From an uncultured Sangeribacter sp. (lineage in GTDB: Bacteria > Bacteroidota > Bacteroidia > Bacteroidales > Muribaculaceae), in contig CAYSMP010000001.1 of assembly GCA_964432215.1 (NCBI GenBank), forward strand, positions 2,292-66,291: a DNA stretch of 64,000 bases, in the 5' to 3' direction. A model generated the notes under the pieces. It ran no database searches, had not been told where the DNA came from, and saw nothing but the letters and a program-made list of their open reading frames with translations. A program made the translations under genes and the position numbers. Position 1 is the stretch's first letter. Every line of letters starts with the position of its first letter. This document shows positions 40,780-50,781 of the stretch, one piece after another.

Positions 40780-42312
40780 TTAAATAGTTCTGTGATTCTC
40801 ATGTCCTTCAACGAAAATTGCACTGAAGGGACGAGCCGGACATAGATTTTCACAAGCACCGCAACCGATGCATCGCTCAGTATTGACAGCAGGAATCTTT
40901 AATCCATTGTCTGATTCCACCATAGATATGGCTCCAGTGGGGCAGTGACGCGCACAATTACCACATTCCACTCCATCAGTGATAGGCACGCAATTGGCTT
41001 TTACCCAAACAGCATGACCAATTTGAATAGAAGATTTTTCAGCAGTCTCAATAGGTCTAATAGCTCCTGTCGGGCAGACGTCGGAACAGCGAGTACATTC
41101 CGGACGGCAATAGCCTCGCTCGTAGGAAGATTCAGGTTGCATGAAGTTTTCGATATCTGTCATAGGACGAAGGACTCCGTTAGGACAGGCTGAGACGCAC
41201 AGCTGGCAAGCCGTACAATGCTGATGAAGGTTTCTGAGGCTTATTGCACCCGGAGGAGCAATACGGGTCTTGCGTTCAGGAATCTTCTTGTCTACAATAA
41301 CAGCGAGTCCTCCATCCACTGTCTTGTCGGCTGCTGAGACTGCAGCTGTTGTGCCGAGGATAGCAGCTGTAGAAAGGAATTGTCGGCGTGAACTGTCAAT
41401 GGTCTCTTTGTTAGAATTATTTTTTGCGGTATGAAGCCCAACATACTTGAATGAGAGGGCACTCTTCTTGCATTTGCCAATACAGTCAAAACAAGTCACG
41501 CAACGAGAATAGTCAATTTTGTGATTTGTAATATCTATGCACGCTGCTTTGCAATTGCGGGAACAAAGTTTGCAATCCACACATTTTGACTTATCAAGGA
41601 CAATACGGAAGAGTGAAAACCGAGAGAAAAAACCAAGAACTGTTCCAACCGGACAAATTGTATTGCAATAAGTTCTGCCATTACGCCAAGCCAGAATTCC
41701 CAATGCCATGAGAGTTACAATAGCAACTATCAACACGCCATATCCATTTGTCCAATATTCCACATTATAAAAAGCATAGCTATTATGCTGCTCAGCCCAT
41801 GAAGCGAGAAAATTATTACCCCAAATATATATAGGTTTTAAAATACTCGATACAATTCTGCCGTAAGCGCTATATGGAGCAAGCAAAGCAACCATTGAAT
41901 TGATTCCTGCAACAATGGCGATTATCATAATTCCGAGTAGGGTATAACGTAAAATATTCTGAGGATTAGAATATGAATATCTATTTTTCTTAGCTTTTTT
42001 TCCAAGCCATCCAAAACCATCCTGCATAATACCTAAAGGACAAATCACAGAGCAATACAAGCGCCCAAAAAGTAGAGTGAGAACGATAAGAGCCACTATT
42101 ACAAGTACATTTAAAGAAAGGACAGCTGGGAGAAACTGAATCTTCGCCATCCAGCCGAAAAGAGCCTGCCAGGTTCCTGTGAAGTCAAGGAAAAGTGGGG
42201 TGATAAGGAGGATACTGATAATAGCCAGTATTCGTCTGATCCCTTTCAGAGACTTTGGAGCAGAATCCGTTTTCTCTTTATGTTGATAATATGATTTGTT
42301 GGTATTATCCAT
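40780..42312 (-). CDS. Membrane polyferredoxin (NapH/MauN-like fused to NapG/MauM-like)
   Basis: TM segments, GRLYCSVICP, multiple CxxCxxCxxxCP, internal SRRQFL motif. Confidence 0.88.
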   Translation of the reverse strand: MDNTNKSYYQHKEKTDSAPKSLKGIRRILAIISILLITPLFLDFTGTWQALFGWMAKIQFLPAVLSLNVLVIVALIVLTLLFGRLYCSVICPLGIMQDGFGWLGKKAKKNRYSYSNPQNILRYTLLGIMIIAIVAGINSMVALLAPYSAYGRIVSSILKPIYIWGNNFLASWAEQHNSYAFYNVEYWTNGYGVLIVAIVTLMALGILAWRNGRTYCNTICPVGTVLGFFSRFSLFRIVLDKSKCVDCKLCSRNCKAACIDITNHKIDYSRCVTCFDCIGKCKKSALSFKYVGLHTAKNNSNKETIDSSRRQFLSTAAILGTTAAVSAADKTVDGGLAVIVDKKIPERKTRIAPPGAISLRNLHQHCTACQLCVSACPNGVLRPMTDIENFMQPESSYERGYCRPECTRCSDVCPTGAIRPIETAEKSSIQIGHAVWVKANCVPITDGVECGNCARHCPTGAISMVESDNGLKIPAVNTERCIGCGACENLCPARPFSAIFVEGHENHRTI

Positions 42313-42355
42313 ATTTTGTTAGTTAAGCACTGAAGTTATTATTGTTTTTCAGTGA

Positions 42356-42363
42356 CAAAGTTA
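42356..42363 (-). promoter_or_regulatory. sigmaA -7 element (TAACTTTG)
   Basis: Consensus match upstream of the polyferredoxin gene. Confidence 0.55.
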
Positions 42364-42483
42364 ATAAAAAATCCATAATTTCAAAAATTAATGCAGTTTT
42401 TTTTCAAACATACAATCCAGTTGTTTGTACAACTCTCAAGGCTCGAACATTTGGAAGAAATAGATTTAGACATATGTAATAAG

Positions 42484-45036
42484 TTACAAGTCGGGACCTA
42501 CGTAGCCAGGCTCAAAACCTCCTTCGTCAATGACTATACGTTGGATAGCCATTCCAGGGTCTATTCCGCGCAATCTTAATATATGGTTATCTTTGCTTGA
42601 GTCTATGCTGAATATTGTTTTGCTCAAGGCGGAGTTTCGCAAAATGTTATCTTTCCATGGTTTCGACCATTCCTCCGGGAGGAATTCTATCACTTGTTCC
42701 TCTTGATCGTCTACGCTCACTCCTATTCTACAACCTTTCCCTTCATACAATGGGAAATAGGGCAGATGGAAAACCATAAGAGTGATGGTTTCATCTTTCA
42801 GAGGTCCCAGATTCAATGAAGCTTCAGGAACCGTTTCAACGCTTGAAGTATCCGTGGCTTTTCCAAGCTGAAGCACATATCCGTCATATCCTAAACCTTC
42901 TATAAACTTAGTTCCAGACTTCCTCGCTCCATCGTCAATGATCGCTTCCTTCAAATTCAATGTTCGGCATGCAGCTCCTTCTTTATCATAAGTAAGCCAA
43001 ACGGCTTTGGATCCATCTTCTTTATAAGTGGTGAGGCGAGGCATATTCTGATACCTTGCGCAGAAACCGGGGGGAACCGACATCATGGAATGCCATTTTC
43101 CATCCTTGATGTTATTATATACGTTAGTAAGGGAGTCAATATCGACTGAAGAAGATTCCGAGATAAAAGCTGCATAATTGGCCTTGTCTTTACTTCCAGA
43201 TTTAGCATATTCATTGTTAAGTTGGGCAAAAAGAAATTTCCGGTTCATCAGATTGGATGCCAAAACCGGATATCCGATTGTCTCGAAGACGGGATTCCAC
43301 AATGAGTCGGGAAGCGAAGTCATAAGTTGATTCATACGTGAGGAAAGATCAGCATAGTCATCGATTCTCTTCACGGCATCACCATAATTTGAAAAGCTAA
43401 ATTCGGTAGGACGAATATCTTCGGCTTCAGGACTGTCCCATTCTATTTCCCAACCCATATATTCCGGTTTCCTTATCCATGCCAGTCTATAATACTCATC
43501 AAGTATAGACTGAAACTCTTGCTTCAGTTCTTCTCCACACCATTTCGACAGCATATTTGCCTGATAGGTGTTAGCATTATCATCGTTGAAGTCCTCAATA
43601 TTCCAAGCCAAGTCAAAGAAAAATTGGGTGTCAAGCTCAGCCGGTTTTATGTCGCCAACATTTAGAAGCCAGTATTTGTCGGCACCTGCGTCGTAGGACT
43701 TTTTGAGCTCGCTATACATGAATGCAGGGGGAGTGGTACAAAGCCATAAATAATCGTGTGGGGTGCCAAGATAAGAAGTATGGTAATAGACCCCAGATCC
43801 TCCGGATCTCTTTCTCTCTTCGGGAGTAGGAAGACTTTTCATATATCCATAATTATCATCCGGCCAAATTATCATTACGTCTTCAGGAATCTTAAGTCCA
43901 TTTCTATAAAGGTCTAGGGTTTCTTTATAAGGTACAAAAATCTGAGGAATCTCAGAGGCGGGTTTTCCCAGACGTTTCTCAAGCAGTTTCCGTTGGTCTG
44001 CGATTACTTCTTCAAGCAGATGTATCTTCTCTTTCAGCGGCCTCTGTCGGCTCATAGCTTCATCATGTACTCCTCGCATACCTATAGTATATATGTTCTC
44101 AAAATCCGCAGCCTCGTCAAGTCTGTTGGCAAACTTACCGTAAATTACTTCTCGGTTCAATCCGTAATCCCATACTCCGTCACGCTCTGAGTCCCACTCA
44201 GATTTGGCGGCATTATTAAACAGCATGGGCTCGCAATGGGAGGTTGTGATCATAATACCATAGTCATCCGCCACTCTTTTATTTTCTGGATGAGAATAAA
44301 ATGCTCCTGTACAGGAGTGCATTGCAGGAGCCAACATATTGCCTTTAAGGCGTAATAGAAGTTGACAGACCTTTTCATATGTTTTCGGTCCAATATCTCG
44401 GATATCTTTGTCGAGTCCTGTGGCTGCCCAGGGAAGAATTCCCCAGTCCTCGTCGTTGATGAATATGCCTCTATATCTTATGCTTGGAGAAGTGGATATG
44501 TAGTCGGCTATAATACTTATTTCCGGTTGGTATTTTACAGGCACATCGGCCCACCATACCCAGGGATCCACGCCTAAAGCCCTTGACAAAGTGGTCACTC
44601 CATAGGCCGTTCCCCGTCTGTCGGAACCAGCTAAAATAAGACACTTGTTACCCTTCTTGTCAGTAATTGTCTTGATCTTAAATCGTTCAGGAGATTGCTT
44701 TATGTCCTCGACTTTGATTGCACCAACTTTTATTAGAGAGTCTATGATTGAAGAGTTGCCGATAGTACCGATGATTATTGAATTTTTATAAATATCATTG
44801 CTATTGTTAATGACATTTGGTTTCTCTTCTGTAAGTTTTTCCAGGTCGTCAACAAGCATACCTACAACTTTCTCTACAACAGTATAGTCTTTTCTGTCAT
44901 AAATGATAGGTGAGCTCTTGAGCATGAAAGAACCGATACTATCAGCACTGGAAAAGACATCAAGTATCTTTTGGCTATTTCCTGAAGTGAATATGCAGCT
45001 AAGTAAAGCCGCTGTCATAAGATATTTAACTTTCAT
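42484..45036 (-). CDS. Glycoside hydrolase family 115 (xylan alpha-glucuronidase-like)
   Basis: GSDRRGTAYG, YRGIFINDEDWG, LRLKGN.LAPAMH, SHCEP, WPDDNYGY, NVGDIKPAE. Confidence 0.92.
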   Translation of the reverse strand: MKVKYLMTAALLSCIFTSGNSQKILDVFSSADSIGSFMLKSSPIIYDRKDYTVVEKVVGMLVDDLEKLTEEKPNVINNSNDIYKNSIIIGTIGNSSIIDSLIKVGAIKVEDIKQSPERFKIKTITDKKGNKCLILAGSDRRGTAYGVTTLSRALGVDPWVWWADVPVKYQPEISIIADYISTSPSIRYRGIFINDEDWGILPWAATGLDKDIRDIGPKTYEKVCQLLLRLKGNMLAPAMHSCTGAFYSHPENKRVADDYGIMITTSHCEPMLFNNAAKSEWDSERDGVWDYGLNREVIYGKFANRLDEAADFENIYTIGMRGVHDEAMSRQRPLKEKIHLLEEVIADQRKLLEKRLGKPASEIPQIFVPYKETLDLYRNGLKIPEDVMIIWPDDNYGYMKSLPTPEERKRSGGSGVYYHTSYLGTPHDYLWLCTTPPAFMYSELKKSYDAGADKYWLLNVGDIKPAELDTQFFFDLAWNIEDFNDDNANTYQANMLSKWCGEELKQEFQSILDEYYRLAWIRKPEYMGWEIEWDSPEAEDIRPTEFSFSNYGDAVKRIDDYADLSSRMNQLMTSLPDSLWNPVFETIGYPVLASNLMNRKFLFAQLNNEYAKSGSKDKANYAAFISESSSVDIDSLTNVYNNIKDGKWHSMMSVPPGFCARYQNMPRLTTYKEDGSKAVWLTYDKEGAACRTLNLKEAIIDDGARKSGTKFIEGLGYDGYVLQLGKATDTSSVETVPEASLNLGPLKDETITLMVFHLPYFPLYEGKGCRIGVSVDDQEEQVIEFLPEEWSKPWKDNILRNSALSKTIFSIDSSKDNHILRLRGIDPGMAIQRIVIDEGGFEPGYVGPDL

Positions 45037-45056
45037 TGTGTTTTATATTCTTTTTG

Positions 45057-45064
45057 CAAAGGTA
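45057..45064 (-). promoter_or_regulatory. sigmaA -7 element (TACCTTTG) upstream of GH115
   Basis: Consensus match. Confidence 0.55.
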
Positions 45065-45198
45065 AGGTTTAATAACTACAAAAGCAAATCTATGAAGTGA
45101 ATTTTTAGTATAAAATCGAGATATAAATGAACATTTCTTATTCTTCTGCGTTAAGGAGGATAAAGAATACAAAAAATAACCCTAAAACTATATTTATA

Positions 45199-45738
45199 AT
45201 GGAACTTAAAGGAAGTAAGACTGAAGAATGTCTGAAGACTGCGTTCGCAGGCGAATCACAAGCGTGTGTGAAATACTCGTTCTATGCCAAGAAGGCAAAA
45301 AAAGATGGATACGAACAGATCGGTGATATCTTCGAGGAAACCTCAAAGAACGAGCATACTCACGCAAAACTTTGGTTCAAATATCTTCACGGAGGTGACG
45401 TGCCCGCAACTCCCGATAATCTTGTTGATGCTGCAGCGGGAGAAGAGTATGAATGGGAAGATATGTACAAGGATTTCGCAAAAATCGCTCGTGAGGAAGG
45501 CTTTACAGAAATCGCAAAGAAATTCGAGATGGTAGGAGAGATCGAACGTACTCATATGGAGCGCTATAAGACACTCTTCAAGAATATTGAGGACGGCCTC
45601 GTGTTCTCTCGCGACGGCGATCGCATGTGGATGTGCCTTGAATGTGGCCATATCCATGTTGGTAAGAGCGCACCGAAAATCTGTCCAGTTTGTAGCCATC
45701 CTCAGGCTTTCTTCGAACTTCGTCCTGAGAATTATTGA
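45199..45738 (+). CDS. rbr: Rubrerythrin
   Basis: AFAGESQA, NE..HAK, GE..E, E..H diiron motifs plus C-terminal CxxCGH...CPVC.HP. Start at MELKGSKTE. Confidence 0.95.
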   Translation: MELKGSKTEECLKTAFAGESQACVKYSFYAKKAKKDGYEQIGDIFEETSKNEHTHAKLWFKYLHGGDVPATPDNLVDAAAGEEYEWEDMYKDFAKIAREEGFTEIAKKFEMVGEIERTHMERYKTLFKNIEDGLVFSRDGDRMWMCLECGHIHVGKSAPKICPVCSHPQAFFELRPENY

Positions 45739-45764
45739 TCATATCACTGAAATATGTGTTACAC

Positions 45765-45803
45765 AGCAGGATTCCCACACTGGGAATCCTGCTTTTACTT
45801 TTT
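45765..45803 (+). terminator. Intrinsic terminator after rbr
   Basis: AGCAGGATTCCCA-CAC-TGGGAATCCTGCT followed by a T-tract. Confidence 0.85.
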
Positions 45804-46150
45804 AAAGGAGGGAATTCTTTCCATTGCCTTTGAGAAAAGTAAATGAACAGAGAAGGAATATTCTATCTTTAAAATTGGATTAATATTAAAACTTTAAAAA
45901 AGTTCATTGAACTTTGTTGTTGCATATTTGTTGCACGGCTATTTCATTGTGTTTCACAAATGATATAATTATTTAATTACTTGTAACTGTCATTTAATCA
46001 GCCTATTACAAAAATATTTCCCTCTTGTTTCAGATATTGCAAAAAAATGTGAAACAATTCAAAAATTCGTAATGTTATAGAGATATAAGATAAATTAAAA
46101 TGATTTTTTAACTTCGATTGGCGAAAGCTGATCATCAAAATAAAAAAATT

Positions 46151-46660
46151 ATGGCATCTAACAATTCATTCCGCAGCAACCTCCTCAACCTTCAGTCGAA
46201 CCTTATGAGCTTCGCATACCAACTCACATCCGATCGTGAAGCAGCCGCTGACCTCCTTCAAGACACTACTCTCAAAGCTCTTGACAATGAGGATAAGTTT
46301 ACCTCCGATTCTAACTTCAAAGGATGGGTCTTCACAATCATGCGCAACATCTTCATTAACAATTATCGTAAGGGTGTTCGCCAGGCCACTATTGTAGATA
46401 CGACTGATGACCTATACCATCTTAACACTTCCCAGGAATCAGCTCTAGAGACACCTGAAGGAAGTCTTTCAGTAAAGGAGATTACTGCAGTCATAAATAC
46501 ATTTGACGATGACTTCCGCATTCCTTTCAATATGCACGTAGCAGGCTACAAATACAGTGAAATAGCAGAGGAGCTTGATCTGCCGGTCGGCACAGTAAAG
46601 AGTCGTATCTTCTTTGCACGCAAGCGCCTCCGCGAACAACTCGCAGACTTTGCGTATTAA
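46151..46660 (+). CDS. ECF RNA polymerase sigma-70 factor (no adjacent anti-sigma)
   Basis: AADLLQDTTLKAL, FKGWVFTIMRNIFIN, YSEIAEELDLPVGTVKSRIFFARKRL. Start at ATG 46151. Confidence 0.93.
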   Translation: MASNNSFRSNLLNLQSNLMSFAYQLTSDREAAADLLQDTTLKALDNEDKFTSDSNFKGWVFTIMRNIFINNYRKGVRQATIVDTTDDLYHLNTSQESALETPEGSLSVKEITAVINTFDDDFRIPFNMHVAGYKYSEIAEELDLPVGTVKSRIFFARKRLREQLADFAY

Positions 46661-46725
46661 TCATCAGATAAATAATGAATTGAAAGATAGCCAAAAGATA
46701 CTTTAATACTAGAAACACAAACACA

Positions 46726-46765
46726 ACGGCCTCAAGATGTGAATCTTGAGGCCGTCATCTTTTTT
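46726..46765. terminator. Terminator between convergent ECF sigma and GH43-GH8
   Basis: ACGGCCTCAAGAT-GTGA-ATCTTGAGGCCGT 13-bp stem with a downstream T-run. Confidence 0.8.
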
Positions 46766-46806
46766 CAATAAAGGTCTAAATTTGATGAATTCTAAAGATA
46801 AAAAAC

Positions 46807-49308
46807 TTATTCCGGTACTATCACGCGATAATTACCGCTAAGAAGCATGAAGGAAAATAGACGAAGTAGTCCGTCGTAATATGCGTCAAAATAGCCATCC
46901 TCATAGGGCTCATGTTTTGAGTCCCATAATCTTTGGGCAAAATCACGCGATTTAGGATCTGTGGCCGCCAGAGAGGCGGCTCCAAGTGTACTGACAAGGC
47001 CAATAGAGTGACGTAATGCCTGATGTGAACCTGCTCCTAAAACCTTCTCTACTTGACTTCCATCTATCTGATACTGGTCTACGTACTCGTCTATACCTTG
47101 ATTATAAAAGAAGTCCTGGATCATGTCGACATAGTTGCGTTGCCAATCTCCGTCAGCACCACTCCATGCGTAGTCGATTGCAATGTTTAATGGCACTCTC
47201 CATGAATCAAAACGGAAGTCATCACCAATTATGAAGCGACTTCCGCGTTTACTACCGTCGTAAGCGGAATAGTCAGGAGTGAGTCCTGTCACAGGATGTA
47301 TGGCATTGTGTAGATACTGTCGGCTCTTGTCTGCGCAGCTTTTCCAAAATCTACTTCTACCATCGTCAGCCCAATCAGCCCAAACTTCATAGAATGCAGG
47401 TATATGATATGATGGGTCTGTATAACTTCCTCCCCATGGATCTGGAGTAAACGTGATAAGTTGCTTTTCAATATCAATTAGCGGCGACACTCGGTCCATA
47501 CCAGTCTTCTGCATTGATTTGTCAAGAATGTTTTTAGCTTCTGCTTTGTAGTTGATACCTGTATCGTTACCCCAACGGTTTGAAGCGAAAATGAGTGAGG
47601 TAATAAAAAAGAGTTCTCCATCTGATGCCGACCCATGTGCGTTTGGTGTTCCATCGGTCTTGCAGCTCCATGCAAAATATCCATCATTAGGACCGTCCTG
47701 ATGTTGCATATTTTTTTTTGCCCAACGCCAAAGTTTGTCGAAAATATCCTTTCGATCAAGTTGAACGGCTATCATCATGCCGTAAGACATCCCTTCTGTC
47801 CTAACATCATTGTTTTTGAGGTCGCTGATATAGGCTGTAGTGTCGTCCACTTCGAAATATACCTTGTTGGGACCAAAGAAAACTCCTTCAAAAATATCAT
47901 TTAAGCGGCTATCGATTTCTTTTTGTGTATATCCTAATTCTTTGAAATAGTTGTGATAGTTGCCAGTCTTTATTCCCCTCCCTTCAAAAGGAAGGGCCTC
48001 AAAACCAATCCAGTCTATTTTAGCTTTGGAACCTTTGACAAGGGTCACCTTGAGATCGACAACGCCTGTTGGGGAATAACTGACAGGTGCTGTGACTGTT
48101 TGCCAATCTTTTCCAGATTTTACAGGAATAGTTGCAATGGGTTTTCCATTCGCCTCACTGATCTGAATCTCACATCCACTGGGACTCATCACTCGTACTT
48201 TTGCTTCTTTTACAGCCTTCTGTCTGAAATCAACACGATCGTATTCCAGCCACGCACCCTTCTTTGAGAATACAGCTGTCCAGCCTTTGAATTTATCATT
48301 CTCGTCAAGAAACTCAAGTGTTACACCTTTTGGGCTGATTTTATTATATCGGTCAATTTGTATACGTTTCCTTGCGTCGCTTGTTCCAACGCCACGGAGA
48401 GTAGGTATGACTTTGTTGATCGTTCCGTCATTATTGAAACTAAGGAGGTCAATCCTTGCGCTCCGCCGCTTGTCCATATCGGGTGAATAATCATTGTGAT
48501 GGTAAAAAAGATACCACTGTCCATCTTTCTCCACTATTGAATGATGATTAGTCCAGCAACCTGTGGGGGATTCATCCATTATGATACCTTTGAATTCAAA
48601 TGGACCAAACGGATTATAGGCCATTGCGTAGGCCAATGTTTCAGTCTTGTCTTTCACCCATGGGAATGTCAGGTAATAGCGGCCGTTACGTTTGAATGCA
48701 AAAGGACCTTCTTTAAATCCTTCCGGCAATCCCTCTATTCTAATGGGCTCAGAGTCAAGTTCCATCATGTTGTCTTTGAGTTGGGCAACTGATAGACCCA
48801 TTCCACTCCAATAAATATAGCTTTTGCCATCATCGTCAACAAGTACACACGGATCTATACCCATAATTCCTTTTATCGGTCTGGGCATAGGCATGAAAGG
48901 ACCCTCAGGTTTTTCTGCAATAGCTACACCTATTCCGAAACCACGTTCCATATCCTTTGGAGAGGCAGGAAAGTAGAAATAGTAACGTCCATCTTTTTCG
49001 ACACAGTCCGGGGCCCACATAGCATAGGAATTTGGTTTAACCCAAGGTATATTGTTTTGAGTCAATATAACTCCGTGGTCTGTCCAATCTACAAGGTTGT
49101 CGGAGGAAAAGACATGGTAATCACTCATGCAAAACCATTCTTTCAACTCGTCGACCGGACTCTCTATGTCGTGAGACGGATAAAGATACATCTTGCCATT
49201 GAAAACCCTGGCTGTAGGATCAGCCGTATATTGGTCATGGATTATTGGATTCTGAGCTAACAGGCAACCTGCAGTTGCCAGAAGCTCTATTGCTAATATC
49301 CTTCTCAT
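46807..49308 (-). CDS. Multimodular CAZyme: GH43 + CBM6-like + GH8 (Rex-like exo-oligoxylanase)
   Basis: ADPTARVF / WAPD / IDP / EGP / NHHS (GH43), CBM6-like middle, VRTEGMSYGM / ASDGE / DPSYH / DSWRVP (GH8). Start at MRRILA. Confidence 0.88.
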   Translation of the reverse strand: MRRILAIELLATAGCLLAQNPIIHDQYTADPTARVFNGKMYLYPSHDIESPVDELKEWFCMSDYHVFSSDNLVDWTDHGVILTQNNIPWVKPNSYAMWAPDCVEKDGRYYFYFPASPKDMERGFGIGVAIAEKPEGPFMPMPRPIKGIMGIDPCVLVDDDGKSYIYWSGMGLSVAQLKDNMMELDSEPIRIEGLPEGFKEGPFAFKRNGRYYLTFPWVKDKTETLAYAMAYNPFGPFEFKGIIMDESPTGCWTNHHSIVEKDGQWYLFYHHNDYSPDMDKRRSARIDLLSFNNDGTINKVIPTLRGVGTSDARKRIQIDRYNKISPKGVTLEFLDENDKFKGWTAVFSKKGAWLEYDRVDFRQKAVKEAKVRVMSPSGCEIQISEANGKPIATIPVKSGKDWQTVTAPVSYSPTGVVDLKVTLVKGSKAKIDWIGFEALPFEGRGIKTGNYHNYFKELGYTQKEIDSRLNDIFEGVFFGPNKVYFEVDDTTAYISDLKNNDVRTEGMSYGMMIAVQLDRKDIFDKLWRWAKKNMQHQDGPNDGYFAWSCKTDGTPNAHGSASDGELFFITSLIFASNRWGNDTGINYKAEAKNILDKSMQKTGMDRVSPLIDIEKQLITFTPDPWGGSYTDPSYHIPAFYEVWADWADDGRSRFWKSCADKSRQYLHNAIHPVTGLTPDYSAYDGSKRGSRFIIGDDFRFDSWRVPLNIAIDYAWSGADGDWQRNYVDMIQDFFYNQGIDEYVDQYQIDGSQVEKVLGAGSHQALRHSIGLVSTLGAASLAATDPKSRDFAQRLWDSKHEPYEDGYFDAYYDGLLRLFSFMLLSGNYRVIVPE

Positions 49309-49312
49309 TGTC

Positions 49313-50761
49313 TTAGCGTTTTCTGAAGTTCCACTTTGAGTTATCGCTTGAGAAATCGAACTTGCCAAGAGACGGAGTACTATCTGCCACAGATACAAGC
49401 ACTAATTCTTCATCACAGCCCGGAATGGACTTTGGCATTATGCGGTATGTGCCGTCGATAAGTTGCTCGATACGCCAAAGCTGCTCGTCTGCACCTGTGA
49501 AATGCTCAACCGTTGATACTTCCTTGTCTGCAGTTGCGACAAGAGCACGATCGGTACCAGCAATAATGATTTTATAGTAGGGAGCTCCCAGATAACCACC
49601 TGCATCAGGAACTGCAGTCACTGTCCATTTCTGATGAGGTCGGAACATATAATCGCCAATTCGAACGTCGATGTTTCCCGAAGGCCAGGTGTCAATGACT
49701 TCCTCAAGAGTTTGGTCTTTAAGGGGTTCGATAGGCTCTGTTTGTGGCTCCCAGAAGCGATGTCGTCCTCCTTCCATCCGAATAAAGTCTACTGCAAGTT
49801 CAAGTCCGTATCCTCTACGTTCAGATTCAATCTCGTATGTATCTTCTACGAATGGTTCTCCCGCAACTGGCCAATCATTTTTCCAAAGAAGTGGAAGGAC
49901 AGCCAGTACGCTTCTTCCTCCCAGGTCGAAGTCAGATTCAAAATGAAGCGACATCTTCTCCACTCCATCATCTTCGATATACCGTCCGAAGTGTCCGGCT
50001 CCGGTACGACGGTTTCCGGAACTTGCCACCATCTTGCCTCCTCCTTCGAGCATATCTCTACCCATGTTATCAAGATAGGGGCCTTCGACATTCCGAGATC
50101 GTCCTACAATAATATTGTAAGTTGAGTTAGGTCCGTCGCAGCATGTGCCATGTGTCCCGAGAAGATAATACCATCCATTCCTATATAGAAGGTCAGTCGC
50201 TTCGCAATCAATTGCTATGTTGATGGGTTCGTTTCCTTCTTTCCTCGCACCTGTAGCCGGGTCAAGTTCTACAAGCCGTATAAAACCGAAATATGTGCCG
50301 TAAGAAAGCCAGAGTCTTCCAGTCGTAGGATCAAGAAGGAGTCCCGGATCGATTGCGTCGCAGTCTTCATTGTCTTCTGAATAGGCCACTTCAATTGGTT
50401 CAGAGTATTCGAAATCGGAGGAATTAGGGTCAAGGGTTTTGTTCCACATAGTCAGAACTTTCCCACTATGTCCACCCCCAAGTCCGCCTCCCGTGGCACT
50501 GTATGCTACGAGATACCGATCTCCTATTTTCACTACGTCTGGGGCAGCTCCACGGCCCGGTCTAACGCCACCATTATGCCAATGGTAGCCATCTTCAGAG
50601 ATAAGTCCTCCACCCCCGGTGCCAAAAGTGTAATATTTACCATCGCATTTTATGATAGTTGATGGATCATGAATATAAGGTTCTCCGGTTTGGGCAGATA
50701 AATTAGCTGTTGTGAGGCACATCAGTGCAACCGGGAAATATAAAAATCTTTTGTGTTTCAT
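49313..50761 (-). CDS. GH43 (arabinanase-like) with C-terminal ricin/beta-trefoil module
   Basis: IHDPSTI, APDV, DAIDP, CEA, GAGH; QKW / QLW / KW repeats at the C-terminus. Confidence 0.85.
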   Translation of the reverse strand: MKHKRFLYFPVALMCLTTANLSAQTGEPYIHDPSTIIKCDGKYYTFGTGGGGLISEDGYHWHNGGVRPGRGAAPDVVKIGDRYLVAYSATGGGLGGGHSGKVLTMWNKTLDPNSSDFEYSEPIEVAYSEDNEDCDAIDPGLLLDPTTGRLWLSYGTYFGFIRLVELDPATGARKEGNEPINIAIDCEATDLLYRNGWYYLLGTHGTCCDGPNSTYNIIVGRSRNVEGPYLDNMGRDMLEGGGKMVASSGNRRTGAGHFGRYIEDDGVEKMSLHFESDFDLGGRSVLAVLPLLWKNDWPVAGEPFVEDTYEIESERRGYGLELAVDFIRMEGGRHRFWEPQTEPIEPLKDQTLEEVIDTWPSGNIDVRIGDYMFRPHQKWTVTAVPDAGGYLGAPYYKIIIAGTDRALVATADKEVSTVEHFTGADEQLWRIEQLIDGTYRIMPKSIPGCDEELVLVSVADSTPSLGKFDFSSDNSKWNFRKR

Positions 50762-50781
50762 GGTTTTTCGTAAATGACTGA

